Made by a program: the position numbers and the translations under genes | Shown here: positions 1-11,250 of the stretch, in pieces | Layout: each line of letters starts with the position of its first letter | Position numbering within the stretch: the stretch's first letter is position 1 | The notes under the pieces: model-generated | The model's database searches: none | Seen by the model: only the letters and a program-made list of their open reading frames with translations | Told to the model about the DNA's origin: nothing | Origin: Oxynema aestuarii AP17 | GTDB taxonomy: Bacteria > Cyanobacteriota > Cyanobacteriia > Cyanobacteriales > Laspinemataceae | Assembly: GCF_012295525.1 (NCBI RefSeq) | Contig: NZ_CP051167.1 | Span: 5,685,299 to 5,749,298, forward strand | DNA length: 64,000 bases | Direction: 5' to 3'

Positions 1-162
1 GAGGAAGAGTTAGAGGATTTAGATATTACCCTGGAAGAAGAGGAGGAAGCGCAAGAAGAAGGGGAAGAATCAACAGAATCTTCTCAAGAGGAGGAGAATG
101 TAGAATCCGAAGGAGAAACCGAAAACGACCCCACCACACCCCGCGAAATTCCGCAAGATTAG
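1..162 (+). CDS. 3' end of a gene running in from upstream; highly acidic C-terminal tail (EEELEDLD...EEEEE...), partial
   Basis: Open frame from position 1 to TAG at 160-162. Codon usage is coherent. A hairpin with T-run follows at ~285-328. Confidence 0.4.
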   Translation, partial: EEELEDLDITLEEEEEAQEEGEESTESSQEEENVESEGETENDPTTPREIPQD

Positions 163-284
163 AGGGGAATCAGGGGATTCTCGCGATCGATAAAGGTCAC
201 AACTCAAATAAGCTGTTAGACATTTAAACTGCATGAATCAAACCAGTGATGTTCCGATGAGACTGGTTACAAAGAAAATATCAA

Positions 285-328
285 AAAATCTAGTAGGGGT
301 TTGGTCACCAAACCCCTACAGGGTACAA
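285..328 (+). terminator. Putative intrinsic terminator: perfect palindrome GGGGTTTGGTGACCAAACCCC followed by a T-rich tract
   Basis: Seen in sequence (AGGGGTTTGGTCACCAAACCCCT ... TTTTTGG). Sits 3' of the partial + strand gene. Confidence 0.4.
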
Positions 329-427
329 TAGTTTTTGGTAGTTTGTGTGAGTACGGGCAGGATGCCCGCCTCGTAACTATGCATTTTAAAAGATAAACAG
401 TTTAGGATGGCTGTATAACAACTGAAA

Positions 428-1096
428 TTAGGCAATTTCTTGGTAACATTCTTCAACGGTTGCGCCGCGTTCCATTGCGGAAACTAAGCGTTCGTAAGCC
501 TCCCAATTAGCCTCAATTAAGGTTTTGGCTTGCAAGGTCGCCCAACGTTCTTTTAATTGAACTTCGGTGAGGTCGCGGCGATTTTGGGCGAGGATGGCGC
601 GCAGTTTTTGGCGATCGTCGTTACCGCCTTCAATCCGATCGCCCGTCAAACTTTCAGCAGCAATTCCCGCCATCCAAAGGATGCAATAGCGATCGAATAA
701 TTGAGCGGAAATTTTACCCGTTTCTAAAGCTTCAGCTAATTGCCGATCTTCAAAACGAACCCCTCCCTGGGCTCGTTGTCCTTGTCGAAATGCCTGCCAA
801 GCGTTGAGTGCATATCCGGTGACGGGAATATCGAGTAAGGTGGCGACGAGAAAATGTCCGGCTTCGTGGCGGACGACACGCGATCGATGTTCTGGAGAGA
901 GGCGCGCGAACCAATCGATAATGAGGGTTCCGCCTTGTCCTTCGAGGCTGAAACTGTCGAAAGTAAACAGTCCAAGAACGGTAAATGTAGCGGCAGCCGG
1001 CAGCAGGGGAGAGATATTAAAAACGGGAGAAAGTAAAGCGGAAAAGGTCATCGTGAAGACGCCGATCGCCGCTAAATTAAGAGCAGTTGGACTCAT
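428..1096 (-). CDS. Membrane-anchored zinc metalloprotease-like protein (HEAGH motif; resembles the FtsH/M41 protease domain without an AAA module)
   Basis: HExxH motif (VRHEAGHFLV) and a downstream MAGIAAESL segment resembling the M41 third-ligand region. Hydrophobic N-terminus. Confidence 0.5.
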   Translation of the reverse strand: MSPTALNLAAIGVFTMTFSALLSPVFNISPLLPAAATFTVLGLFTFDSFSLEGQGGTLIIDWFARLSPEHRSRVVRHEAGHFLVATLLDIPVTGYALNAWQAFRQGQRAQGGVRFEDRQLAEALETGKISAQLFDRYCILWMAGIAAESLTGDRIEGGNDDRQKLRAILAQNRRDLTEVQLKERWATLQAKTLIEANWEAYERLVSAMERGATVEECYQEIA

Positions 1097-1148
1097 GAGC
1101 TCAATGGTTGGAATTACACTTGGTTTGCAGGAGTTGGGAGGGTCGAAA

Positions 1149-2096
1149 TTAAGGCGTTTGGGGTTGGATTTCGTGAGCTTTATAGAAGGTTTCTAAGCTA
1201 TGACGATCGCCCACAAAACGCCAGTGCCAAGGTTCGTAAGCTACGCCCTGGGGATTGTCTTTAGGAAAGGATAACTCAAAACTATAATAAGGAGCGTTCG
1301 CCGCCAACCATTGGAACGCGGCGGTTTTCTCAAAATCTGGACTCAGATGGGTCGCCGGAACGTTCGCATCGCCAATATCGACCGCGTAACCCGTATGGTG
1401 TTCGCTGTACCCCGGCGGCGCGCTGACTTCGGCCCGTTCCCTAGCGATTTGTCCGCGTTGGGCTTTAATGTCGAAAAATAAGTATTGCTGGTCTTCTACG
1501 GTGCGAAAACCGGAGATTACCGCTAAATAAATCCCTTGAGCTGCGGCGTCCGCCTTCATTTGCAAGAACGCACGGGCAGCAGCACGGCGCATTTTGATGC
1601 TTCCGTCTCCTGTAATCGGCTCCAATTGTTCGAGGGGCGCCTGTTCGTAAGGTAAATGTCCGAGAACGTTTTCACCGTCGAGGGAGTTTTCGGGCGCCTC
1701 TGGGGAGGGAGAATCGGACGGCGCCGAGGGGGTGGCGGGGTCTGAGAAATTGCTATTGGGGGCGATCGCGGTTTCCCGGGGGGTTTGGGCGGCTAAGATG
1801 AACCAGAGTCCCGAAGCGAGGGCGATCGCCCCGGCGCCCGCGAAAACGACGATCGCACCGAGGGGCTTTGAGGTCGATGGTGCTGGCGCTTCAGGGGTAT
1901 CGCGAACCGCTTGGGGAATATCCTCGCCGATTCCGGCGGAGGCATTGGACGGGTTTCCTGACAAACCAACCTTATTCAAGGGAGTCACTCCTACGTGTAA
2001 AATCCAGCTTGCACTGTTAAAGATTTTAACGGTCTCGGACCGTTTCATCCGGTTTGTGAACCCGCGCCATCGGATCGAGTGCGATCGGGCCGTCAT
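1149..2096 (-). CDS. D-alanyl-D-alanine carboxypeptidase, VanY/peptidase M15B family, with N-terminal TM and Pro/Ser-rich linker
   Basis: C-terminal domain has the M15B signature (FRTVEDQ ... SEHHTGYAVDIGD ... EPWHWRF). Start codon is uncertain; an internal Met is possible. Confidence 0.8.
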   Translation of the reverse strand: MTARSHSIRWRGFTNRMKRSETVKIFNSASWILHVGVTPLNKVGLSGNPSNASAGIGEDIPQAVRDTPEAPAPSTSKPLGAIVVFAGAGAIALASGLWFILAAQTPRETAIAPNSNFSDPATPSAPSDSPSPEAPENSLDGENVLGHLPYEQAPLEQLEPITGDGSIKMRRAAARAFLQMKADAAAQGIYLAVISGFRTVEDQQYLFFDIKAQRGQIARERAEVSAPPGYSEHHTGYAVDIGDANVPATHLSPDFEKTAAFQWLAANAPYYSFELSFPKDNPQGVAYEPWHWRFVGDRHSLETFYKAHEIQPQTP

Positions 2097-2545
2097 CCCT
2101 ACGGACGGATAGACTGGGTTAATCTGTATTCATTTCTATTACTTTCTCGGGTTGAGTCTCGATCGTTTGCCTTAGATCCGAACGGTTGACAAAGCCGGAA
2201 GTCGCCGGGAAGATCGCTGCGTCCTCGAAGATCGCGCGATCGCGACCTTTACCCATTGATGCGATCGATGGTTCCCCTCGACTACCCCGCAGATTATTGA
2301 CAATTATTTGTTGTCTCGATAAAATTTGGTAGCGTCCGAAGGTTTTTCCAGAACGCCCCCTACAAATCAAAAATTAGATCTAAAGAATTGCCAATTTTAC
2401 TTGACAAAATTAAAATCGTTTTTTTTGGAATTTGACAGTCAAGTAACAGGAAAAGACGGCGATCGCCTTCAAGGTCGATTGTCGGGTTGTTGTTGCGCTT
2501 ATTTAAGGGGCGATCGCAAAAGATCCCTTAAAAACTGAACGAGTC

Positions 2546-4033
2546 ATGTTCTTGCTCAAACTTCAATCATTTTACCACTCGGCATTTCAATATGCCAGAC
2601 AACATAAGTGGTCGGTTTCTTATGGAATTTCTCTGATTTTGACCCTAGGGGCGATCGCCATTTTAATCCCCGAATATTATTGGGGAAGACCTTCCCAGCG
2701 CGAACAATATTCGAGCAAATCCATCGATTCGCGACCTATCCGTACCGTCGCCGATTTCAATCGTTACCGAGCCAAAATTGACCGATTGTGTCAGCTTCCC
2801 AAAGAGATTCGAGCGGAAAAAGGCTATACCTGGTGTCCGCCCGATGGCCAACTACAATATATTCCCACAGGTTTTTTTATCCAGTCGATTGACTTTATCA
2901 ATAGTAGTGACGTTCACGTTACGGGTTATATCTGGCAAAAAACACCCGAGGGTGTGGTAGCCTCCGAGAACGAGGAATCGACTTGTAAATTTATCTTTCC
3001 CGATACGGTGTATTCTCCGGATTATTTATTAATTGAAAAGCGCGATAATCCCAATAGTCCGAATACAACTCTGTGTTATTTTGAAGCCGCATTGCGTGAA
3101 AACTTCGATTACGGTAAATACCCGTTCGATCGCAAAATAGTTTGGATTCGAGTGTGGACGGGGAGTTATGACTTCTTACCCGTCCTCAAACCTGCGTTTG
3201 AAGATTACGAACTGAGTGCAACCACCGAAAGGAGGCAAATCTTAGATCCGGAAAATACACCCGTTCCCATCGAAGCGTTTATCGATCCCGAAGCGGTCAT
3301 TCCCGGCGAATTTGGCAAACCGGAAGATATTTACTTCAGTTACCGACAACATAAATATTTAACCACAATGGGATCGGTCGGTTGCCAGAAGGCCGATATC
3401 GAGGTGGGCTGTTTCGAGAAAGATCATCCCGAACTCTATTTTAATATCGTTTTGCGACGAAATCCGGGGACGGCGTTATTTCTTTATGGAGTACCGTTAC
3501 TGGTGACGGCGATGGTTTTGTGCGCCACGTTGATGATGCTGGTGAAAGATCAAAATCTCGCCCAACAATACGGTTTAGATACCTTTGGTATTTTAGGCGT
3601 TTGCGTCAGCTTATTTTTTGCCTTACTGATTTCACAAGCTCAGATTCGCGTCGAATTTACCGGTCCTTTAGTTTATATCGAACAACTTTACACGGTGATG
3701 TATGTCACGATCGCTTTAGTCGCCGTCGATGCGTATCTGTTCTTTAAAGATGACGATAATTCTAAGTTTAGTCGTTTTATTCGACATCAGGATAACTTGT
3801 ACTTCAAGTTATTTTATTGGCCGTTTATTTGCACCTGTTTCTTTCTAACAACCCTTTGGTACGTGTATTTAGACCGCAATTTTCCCAATCGACAGTTTTT
3901 CTGTTACCAGCATGGAGATAATATATTATCTTCTGTTTGCCAAAACTGGAGCGATCGCCAATTGAGAGAACGACATGAGGTTCCCACCCCAGTGCATCAG
4001 GTTCCGTCGGTTCCTGACGATCGCTCGGAATAA
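2546..4033 (+). CDS. Hypothetical membrane protein: N-terminal TM, ~280-aa extracytoplasmic domain, C-terminal polytopic region
   Basis: Long ORF with hydrophobic segments and no recognisable catalytic motif. TTGACA-like promoter hexamers lie upstream at ~2396-2440. Confidence 0.5.
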   Translation: MFLLKLQSFYHSAFQYARQHKWSVSYGISLILTLGAIAILIPEYYWGRPSQREQYSSKSIDSRPIRTVADFNRYRAKIDRLCQLPKEIRAEKGYTWCPPDGQLQYIPTGFFIQSIDFINSSDVHVTGYIWQKTPEGVVASENEESTCKFIFPDTVYSPDYLLIEKRDNPNSPNTTLCYFEAALRENFDYGKYPFDRKIVWIRVWTGSYDFLPVLKPAFEDYELSATTERRQILDPENTPVPIEAFIDPEAVIPGEFGKPEDIYFSYRQHKYLTTMGSVGCQKADIEVGCFEKDHPELYFNIVLRRNPGTALFLYGVPLLVTAMVLCATLMMLVKDQNLAQQYGLDTFGILGVCVSLFFALLISQAQIRVEFTGPLVYIEQLYTVMYVTIALVAVDAYLFFKDDDNSKFSRFIRHQDNLYFKLFYWPFICTCFFLTTLWYVYLDRNFPNRQFFCYQHGDNILSSVCQNWSDRQLRERHEVPTPVHQVPSVPDDRSE

Positions 4034-4166
4034 GGGGCGTTCGCGGAGGGCCGACCCAGGAAAATCGCCTTAAAATCGAGCATTGAGTGTCTTCTCCAGC
4101 CATTGGCGACGGCGGTCGATTTGGCCGCGTCTTTTTTTGGAGCGCTCCTGCAAACCCTAGCTTGAG

Positions 4167-5138
4167 ATGGTCACCATGTTCGATATCGGACAAAAACTGC
4201 TCGAAATTTACACCCAACTCGGCGGTTTAGCCTTACTCGGCTTTATCCTCGGGCGCTTGCTTCCCCCTCGGATTCCGATGTACGTGGGTCAATTTCTATT
4301 CTGGATCGGGGTTCCGGTGAGCGTGTTTGCATTCGTGCGGCGCACGGATTTATCCGGTTCGATTTGGCTGGCACCCGCGATCGCCTGGGGAGCCATTTTG
4401 TTAGGGGGGGCTCTGGGATGGTTGTGGTTGCAGGTGCGCCAACGCTGGCAGCCCCCGAATGCGGTCAAATCCGCACCGATGTATACCGTAGACACCCCCA
4501 GTCAGGGCAGTTTTCTGCTCGCGGCGATGGTCGGCAATACGGGATATATCGGTTATCCGGTGACCCTGACCCTGGTGGGGGAAAAATATTTCGGTTGGGC
4601 GCTGTTTTACGACTTATTCGGGACCGTGATCGGGGCCTACGGACTGGGAGTGGCGATCGCGGCCCGCTTTGGCGAAGGGGATAAAAACCCCTGGCAAGTG
4701 GCGGCGGCGACGGTTCGTAATCCCACCTTATTCGCCTTGGCCCTGGCGTTGCTGGTGCGATCGCAACCCCTCCCGGCGGCGATCGAAAGCGGCTTGCAAA
4801 CGTTCGCCTGGGGATCGATCTCGGGGGCCTTGGTGCTGCTGGGGATGCGACTGTCGCGACTGCGATCGTGGAGTAGCCTCAAACCTGCGGCAGTTTCTCT
4901 CGGGATTAAAATGCTCGTCGTTCCCGCCATTATCGGCGCGCTGTTAGCTGGGTTTGGGTTGCGCGGGATGCCGCAGTTGGTAATGGTGCTGCAGGTGGCG
5001 ATGCCTCCCGCGTTTGCCAATTTGGTGTTAGCGGAAACCTACCAACTCGATCGCGACTTGACCGTGACGGCGTTGGCGGTCGGATCGGTCGGTTTTTTAG
5101 TCACCTTACCCCTGTGGTTGTTGCTGTTTGGTCGTTAA
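4167..5138 (+). CDS. AEC (auxin efflux carrier)-family membrane transporter
   Basis: ~10 predicted TM segments in the two-half arrangement typical of PF03547-like permeases. Identification is by overall pattern only. Confidence 0.55.
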   Translation: MVTMFDIGQKLLEIYTQLGGLALLGFILGRLLPPRIPMYVGQFLFWIGVPVSVFAFVRRTDLSGSIWLAPAIAWGAILLGGALGWLWLQVRQRWQPPNAVKSAPMYTVDTPSQGSFLLAAMVGNTGYIGYPVTLTLVGEKYFGWALFYDLFGTVIGAYGLGVAIAARFGEGDKNPWQVAAATVRNPTLFALALALLVRSQPLPAAIESGLQTFAWGSISGALVLLGMRLSRLRSWSSLKPAAVSLGIKMLVVPAIIGALLAGFGLRGMPQLVMVLQVAMPPAFANLVLAETYQLDRDLTVTALAVGSVGFLVTLPLWLLLFGR

Positions 5139-5659
5139 GGGGTGCGCAGGGGGGCGTAAGTTTCGGCGAGTTTGGCTGGATTCATTTGCTCGTAACGCTC
5201 GAAAGGCTGGTGAATCCAGGGATTGTCCGCAAGATAGTCTACATAATAATCCGGTTTGATGCCGGAACTGGCTTTATACCAAATGACTGCCGATCGCAGT
5301 TCCCGGATTTGGTCGCCGTGATGCGCTTGCAACCAGTGAATAGTTTGCTGGAGGGAAACTCCGGAATCGACTAAATCGTCCGCCAGTAAGACGCGATCGC
5401 CCAAGGTCTGGGTCGTCATCGTCAAATGAGCGGCAATGGTTAAGGCGCCGCGCACTTTTCCCTCGGAACCGCCGTAGGAAGAGGCGAATAAAATCGCCAG
5501 AGGGCGATCGTAGATTCGGGCCAGTAAATCGCCGACGCGCAGACCGCCTTTAGCAATACAGACGATCTGGTTAAACTCCCAACCGGAGTGGTAAATTTGA
5601 GCCGCCAGTTGCTCGATTTTCTGATGGTACTCCGACCACGAAACATAGAGATCGCTCAT
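5135..5659 (-). CDS. Phosphoribosyltransferase-domain protein (purine/xanthine-guanine PRT-like)
   Basis: PRPP-binding motif VLLADDLVDSGVSL. Start placed at the internal Met (MSDLYVSW) by frame arithmetic from the ORF track. The longer ORF extends to 5743. Confidence 0.7.
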   Translation of the reverse strand: MSDLYVSWSEYHQKIEQLAAQIYHSGWEFNQIVCIAKGGLRVGDLLARIYDRPLAILFASSYGGSEGKVRGALTIAAHLTMTTQTLGDRVLLADDLVDSGVSLQQTIHWLQAHHGDQIRELRSAVIWYKASSGIKPDYYVDYLADNPWIHQPFERYEQMNPAKLAETYAPLRTP

Positions 5660-5848
5660 CTCGGGTGCTTGACTCGATAAGACCACGACGATCCTAGCCC
5701 ATTTTCGCGGGTCGTTCGTTTGCCGGGGCGCGATCGCCCACATCCTATGTCAAGATACGGAAAAATCGAGCCGAACGTCCCCGGAGGTTTTCTCCGGTCG
5801 TGGCGATCGCCCTATTTTCCTCTCCATCGTTCACGTTAGCCTGTACTT

Positions 5849-7273
5849 ATGGTCAAGACGCCGCCTTCCGCGAGTTCCCCTAACGACCCGTCCTCCGAAA
5901 AACTGAGTTTGTCCACGAAATTAGCCTATGGGGCGGGGGATATGAGTGCTGGGATGACGACGATTCTCCTGGCCTTTTCTTTGATGATTTTTCTCACCCA
6001 AGCGGCGGGATTGGATCCCGGTTTGGCGGGAACGGTGCTGTTAATCGGGAAAGTTTGGGATGCAATTAACGATCCGATTATCGGCATTCTCAGCGATCGC
6101 ACGCGATCGCGCTGGGGACGACGGCGATCGTGGATGCTGTTTGCCTCGGTTCCCTTTGCCTTGTTCTTCTTTCTCCAGTGGTTGGTTCCCCATTTCAGCG
6201 ACAATCCCGAGATCGATCGATGGGCTTTGTTTACCTACTACTGTATAATTTCGATCCTCTTTCAAACGGCTTATACCGCAGTCAACCTTCCTTATACCGC
6301 CCTCACTCCAGAACTGACCCAAGATTATAACGAACGCACCAGTCTCAACAGTTTTCGCTTTGCATTTTCGATTGGCGGCAGTATTTTCGCCCTGGCTTTA
6401 GGAGTTGTTTTTACTCAACTGACCGACAATCCCCAAACCCTTTATTTTCGATTGGGAACCACCTGTGCCCTGCTATCTTTACTGCCGATTTATTGGTGCG
6501 TTTGGGGAACCCGCGAACGTTATCAAAGCGAATCGGAAGAGTCGTTACCGATTTTTCAACAACTGAGAATCGTCGCCCAAAATAAACCGTTTCGCTTTGT
6601 AATTGCCATTTATTTATTTTCCTGGCTGGCGTTGCAGTTAACCACGGCGATCATTCCTTATTTTGTCGTCAGTTGGATGCGTCGGGAATCGTTTTTTGAA
6701 GTCGCATTAATCGTCCAGTCGGTGGCGATCGCCATGTTATTTTTCTGGAGTAAAGTGAGCCAAAAATTGGGCAGAAAAGCGGTTTACTTTATGGGGATGA
6801 GCTTTTGGATTGTCGCTCAAGGGGGACTGTTCTTTTTACCGCGCGATCGCGTCGATTTGATGTATCTACTGGCGGCGATCGCCGGATTTGGTGTCGCTAC
6901 CGCTTATCTCGTTCCCTGGTCGATGTTGACGGACATCGTGGATTTAGACGAACTGAAAACAGGTCAACGGCGCGAGGGGATTTTTTATTCCTTTATGGTG
7001 TTCCTGCAAAAAGTTGGTTTAGGTTTAGGCATCTTTTTAGTCGGAATCGTCCTCGATTTATCCGGTTTTATCAAAGCGGAACCCGGTCAACCGATTCCCC
7101 CTCAACCGGATTCCGCTTTATTGGCGATTCGGGTGGCGATCGGGCCGTTACCCACTGTTGCACTGATTATTGGCCTCGTTCTGGTCTATTTTTACCCCAT
7201 CACTCGGGAAATTCACAGCGAAATCTTACTCAAGTTACACGAACGCAAACGGAGGGAATCGGTTGAGAGTTGA
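5849..7273 (+). CDS. MFS transporter, glycoside-pentoside-hexuronide (GPH) cation symporter family
   Basis: N-terminal GPH signature (LAYGAGD ... GKVWDAINDPIIGILSDRTRSRWGRRR). 12 TM segments. Confidence 0.8.
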   Translation: MVKTPPSASSPNDPSSEKLSLSTKLAYGAGDMSAGMTTILLAFSLMIFLTQAAGLDPGLAGTVLLIGKVWDAINDPIIGILSDRTRSRWGRRRSWMLFASVPFALFFFLQWLVPHFSDNPEIDRWALFTYYCIISILFQTAYTAVNLPYTALTPELTQDYNERTSLNSFRFAFSIGGSIFALALGVVFTQLTDNPQTLYFRLGTTCALLSLLPIYWCVWGTRERYQSESEESLPIFQQLRIVAQNKPFRFVIAIYLFSWLALQLTTAIIPYFVVSWMRRESFFEVALIVQSVAIAMLFFWSKVSQKLGRKAVYFMGMSFWIVAQGGLFFLPRDRVDLMYLLAAIAGFGVATAYLVPWSMLTDIVDLDELKTGQRREGIFYSFMVFLQKVGLGLGIFLVGIVLDLSGFIKAEPGQPIPPQPDSALLAIRVAIGPLPTVALIIGLVLVYFYPITREIHSEILLKLHERKRRESVES

Positions 7274-7413
7274 GCAAGTTGCCGATGAGTTTGGCAACTG
7301 AATCGCCGGGAGGAACCGAGTTTCGCGCCGAGACTTCGGTAAAAATGCCATTTCCAAGAAACCCGGTTGGCGAACGAACGGTGGATGCAATGAATGCAGT
7401 CCACGTTGGATTT

Positions 7414-9486
7414 TTAAACCGCCCGTCCTTCGGCTTTGGCCAGTTGTTCGGTCAACTGTTCCTCACTCATGGCCGGGGATTTGCAGGTCAAGCCTTCGCA
7501 GACGAGGGCGATCGCCCCTTCCGGAAGATCCGCGACTTCTTGGAAAACCGCCGTGGGATGATATTCACTCATTAACTGACCGAGACGATCGCGGGTCGTT
7601 CGCACTAAGGTGGGATGGCGATACCCATCCAGGGCCGCAAATAAGGACGGACAGGCGGACGGAGAACGGTGCATGATGCTGCTAAACGCTTTCAATCCGG
7701 CTTCGGCGCGATCGAGATAGTCGAGATTGTCGGCGAGTAAGGCTAACCGCACTAAATTGGCGATCGCCACCCCATTCGCCGCCGGAGTGGCATTGTCTGT
7801 ATAACTGCGTTCGCGCACGATCGGGGCGTCGGGGCGATCGCCCGTGGTATTGAAATAGCCCCCGAGTTCCACACTCCAGAGTAACTCGTCAAATTCTGCC
7901 TGAACCGCGATCGCCTTGTCCAAATAAAGGCGCACATCCTCCGTGTCCCCATCAAAAGACAAACTCGCCTGTTGCACGTCCAACAAGGCTTTAATCAAAA
8001 AGGCATAATCTTCCGACTGGGCCAGGGTATCCGCTTCTCCGGCGTAGTTGAGGCGGTGGAAGCGTCCGTCTACCCAATGATGGGCGAGGATAAAATCGGC
8101 CCCTTGACGGGCTAACTCTAGATAAGACCGTTCCCGAAACACCGCCGCCGCGCGACTCAACCCCGAGATCGCCAGCGCATTCCAAGCGGCGATCGCCTTC
8201 GTATCGGTCACCGGAGGAATGCGACCGGGCCAACTCTTGGTTTTGGCTTCTTGATTGTCTCGCGCCGGGGGAAAGGTCTCGATTTGGGCGGGTTTTTTGC
8301 CGTAACGACCCGCAAAGAGCTCGTCGAGGGCCGATCGCGTCGTGGGGTCGATTCCCCGGCGATCGCGCCGTTGTAAAACGTTCTTCCCTTCAAAATTGCC
8401 CTCGGGAGAAACATCGAAGCGATCGGCGATCGCCTCCAATCCCTCCCGGGTCAACCGTCGTTCTAATTCGCGATAACTCCAAACGTAAAACGCCCCTTCT
8501 TCCGGTTCCGCTTCGTCGGGGGTGGTGAAACTGTCCGCATCTTGCGCCGCCCAAAAATAACCTTCGGGCGATCGCATTTCCTGTTGCAACCAGGCGATCG
8601 TACCGCGAATCGCTTCCTCAAACGCGGTTTCGCGAACCCCCGCACCCCACAAATTCGCCAGATATTCTAAAATTTGGCCGTTATCGTAGAGCATTTTCTC
8701 GAAATGCGGCACGGTCCACGTCGGATCGACGGTATAGCGGTGGAAGCCTCCGGCGACGACATCGTAAATCCCGCCGAGGGCGAGGTCTAAACCCCGTTGG
8801 GTCGCCGCTTCGGCGAGGTTGTAGCGCGATTCAAACTCGAAGCGCGTCCCTTGTAAAACCAACTGCGCGTAAGGCATCATCGGGAAACTCGGACCGTATT
8901 CGCGAGTGGCGATCGCCCCGGTATTGACTTCGAGTCCGCGCCAGAGTAAATCGTCGCTTAACGCTTCTCCGGCGCCGATTTGGGCCGCTTGTTGCATGTA
9001 GCCCATAATTTCCTGTTTGAAGCCGTGCAGTTTCTCTTTTTCCGTGTCGTAATAGCGCCGGATCGCTTGCAAGACTTGCAGGAAACCGGGACGCCCGTAG
9101 CGCGGTTCGAGGGGAAAATAGGTGCCGCCGTAGAAGGGAACGCGATCGTCCGGGGTCAGAAAGATATTGAGGGGCCACCCGCCTTGTCCGGTCATCATTT
9201 GCAGGGCTTGCATGTAGATGCTATCGATGTCCGGGCGTTCTTCGCGATCGACTTTAATCGGTAAAAAGTTGGCGTTCATGTATTCGGCGATCGCCTCGTC
9301 GGAAAAGGCTTCCCCTTCCATGACCGTACACCAATGACAGCTCGAATAGCCGATGGAGAGAAAGATCGGTTTGTTTTCCTGTTTGGCGGTTTCGAGGGCG
9401 TCTTCACTCCACGACCACCAGTCGATCGGGTTGTCGGCGTGTTTTCGCAGGTAAAGGCTTTTGCTGTGGGCTAGACGGTTGACCAT
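7414..9486 (-). CDS. Thioredoxin-domain protein, YyaL/DUF255 family (thioredoxin-like N-domain plus six-hairpin glycosidase-like domain)
   Basis: N-terminal block [45 protein letters not shown] is diagnostic for the DUF255/YyaL family. Confidence 0.85.
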   Translation of the reverse strand: MVNRLAHSKSLYLRKHADNPIDWWSWSEDALETAKQENKPIFLSIGYSSCHWCTVMEGEAFSDEAIAEYMNANFLPIKVDREERPDIDSIYMQALQMMTGQGGWPLNIFLTPDDRVPFYGGTYFPLEPRYGRPGFLQVLQAIRRYYDTEKEKLHGFKQEIMGYMQQAAQIGAGEALSDDLLWRGLEVNTGAIATREYGPSFPMMPYAQLVLQGTRFEFESRYNLAEAATQRGLDLALGGIYDVVAGGFHRYTVDPTWTVPHFEKMLYDNGQILEYLANLWGAGVRETAFEEAIRGTIAWLQQEMRSPEGYFWAAQDADSFTTPDEAEPEEGAFYVWSYRELERRLTREGLEAIADRFDVSPEGNFEGKNVLQRRDRRGIDPTTRSALDELFAGRYGKKPAQIETFPPARDNQEAKTKSWPGRIPPVTDTKAIAAWNALAISGLSRAAAVFRERSYLELARQGADFILAHHWVDGRFHRLNYAGEADTLAQSEDYAFLIKALLDVQQASLSFDGDTEDVRLYLDKAIAVQAEFDELLWSVELGGYFNTTGDRPDAPIVRERSYTDNATPAANGVAIANLVRLALLADNLDYLDRAEAGLKAFSSIMHRSPSACPSLFAALDGYRHPTLVRTTRDRLGQLMSEYHPTAVFQEVADLPEGAIALVCEGLTCKSPAMSEEQLTEQLAKAEGRAV

Positions 9487-9547
9487 TCTTTTTTAAAAAA
9501 ACTCGATATGATTGCGCTTTACTCGATCGTAGTTTAGCGCGTTCGCT

Positions 9548-10321
9548 TTAAGGCCGATCGCCGTCTAAAATGCCCGTAATGGCGGCGCGATCGTCGATCA
9601 ATTCGAGATCTTCGATTTGGAGGTTGCCCCGTTCGAGTTGGAGGACGAGTTGGCGTTCGAGGCGATCGACCGGGATCCCGAGGCGATCGGCCATTTGGGA
9701 CAAACTGAGGTTGAGATTGCCCAGTTTGACTTGAGTTTCCGAGTCGAATTTCAATTTGCCCTGATCGACCTGGGGCTGACCGTCGAGGGCCATATATACT
9801 TTGCGGTCTTTGAGAAAGGGGAAGGTCGTTAGGGCGCGATCGTATATTTTCCGTTCGGGCGGGGTCAAGGCGTCCACGGGGATCGCCCCTAAATTGACCA
9901 CGGCGCCCAGTTCGACTTTTCCCGCTTTGACCTCAGCTTTGAAGCCTTCGGTGGCTGGCAGAAACGGGGCGATCCCCGAGGTTTCGTTTAAACTGGAGAC
10001 GAGTAAATCGTTAAAGTCGCGATTGTCGAGGTCGAGTCGGATCGGGATCGAGCGATCGAATGGGTTTCGGGAAGCGGTCTCTGGGCGGGCGGCGGGGGTC
10101 TCGACGGCGGCGGGACGGGCGATCTCGTTGGCGATTTTGAGGTCGATGCGCGCTTGGGCGGCAGCGACGGCGCCGCGATCGCTCAAATTGACGGCTTGAG
10201 CGCTGTTGGGGAGATCGTTCTCGTACCAGTCGGGTAAAGTGGTGACTTGTCGCCAGTAGTAGTAACTGAGTGAGAATCCGGCGATGAGGGCGATAAAGGC
10301 GGCGATCGCAATTTTTTTCAT
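9548..10321 (-). CDS. Hypothetical secreted or membrane-anchored protein
   Basis: Signal/anchor sequence MKKIAIAAFIALIAGFSL. No recognisable domain. The ORF track begins at TTG 10342; ATG at 10321 is preferred. Confidence 0.45.
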   Translation of the reverse strand: MKKIAIAAFIALIAGFSLSYYYWRQVTTLPDWYENDLPNSAQAVNLSDRGAVAAAQARIDLKIANEIARPAAVETPAARPETASRNPFDRSIPIRLDLDNRDFNDLLVSSLNETSGIAPFLPATEGFKAEVKAGKVELGAVVNLGAIPVDALTPPERKIYDRALTTFPFLKDRKVYMALDGQPQVDQGKLKFDSETQVKLGNLNLSLSQMADRLGIPVDRLERQLVLQLERGNLQIEDLELIDDRAAITGILDGDRP

Positions 10322-10407
10322 GGGTGCAACGGTTCGAGACAATAGGATCAGATCGGGATCGACGGGGATAATTTCACCTTAACTCGTGCGATCGCCAATG
10401 GGGGAAT

Positions 10408-10463
10408 GACCTTGGCGATCGCACCGCGCCTGTTGCCCCTCGTGGCGGGCGATCGCCAAGGTC
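10408..10463. promoter_or_regulatory. 15-bp perfect inverted repeat (GACCTTGGCGATCGC / GCGATCGCCAAGGTC) with ~26-nt spacer in a divergent intergenic region
   Basis: Seen in sequence. Lies ~90-140 bp upstream of the 9548-10321 gene start. Contains HIP1 cores. Confidence 0.3.
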
Positions 10464-11250
10464 TATAAGTGCAACCTTAATTCTTTATTAAAAAATAATT
10501 TATTGTTATTTGCTGTTTTTATAAGTTCTTCCTGTAGATAGATTTTAGTCAGTTTAAAACCGAGATAAAGTGAATGGTAAATATAAGCTAAAATCGCAGT
10601 CATTGTCAGCTAAATATCGGAAAGCTCAATCTCTAGTTTAAGAAGCGGTAAAGAAAAGACGAGTTCCTCTCAGCCTCCCGGTAATTGCCCAAAAATAGTT
10701 GATTTTAGGGATTTTTAGGATAAAATAGGTTTAATTTACCTGCTGGCCAACACTGAGATTTTAAAGTGTTAGAATGCAGTTATTTAAGCCTCAAAAAAGC
10801 TTGACAGGGCGATCGCTGCAGTTCCATCGGGATCTTAGTGATGAACGATAAGATTAAATCGATATCAACGCTTTTAAAAATTGAATCTGCGATCGTTTAT
10901 ACCGATCGCCAAAATGGAGGAAGGACGATCGCCTTCAGGGGGAACGCGCCACGAACGATCGCCTCAATGAAAACTAATTCAAACATCGATTGCCGCGAAT
11001 CCATCAAACATGCGTTCGCGTTCGCGCAGCGTGCGCCTTGCGCTTAGCGACGCCTCCAGCGTATCGCATCGTCTTCGTCTGCAAGAGAGTGACTGGGGGG
11101 AATTTTCATCCGTCGGGAAATGGTGGGGGGTTTGGGCATCGGACCCAAGCCGGGTGTATCGGCTAAAAAATAAGACCGAATAACTGATACTAAGTGGTTT
11201 TAGTATTTGCAGCTCACAGGTCAGGTAAAATAATCCAAGAGGTAATTAAT

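Noticed and set aside
2119-2370. 83-aa minus-strand ORF upstream of the VanY-like gene
   Set aside because: It lies in a divergent promoter region, and there is no SD or recognisable fold. It could be real, but the evidence is too thin to call.
10838-11047. 69-aa ORF in the AT-rich region upstream of the histidine-kinase gene
   Set aside because: No RBS, odd composition, and it lies in a likely promoter region. It is most probably a chance ORF.
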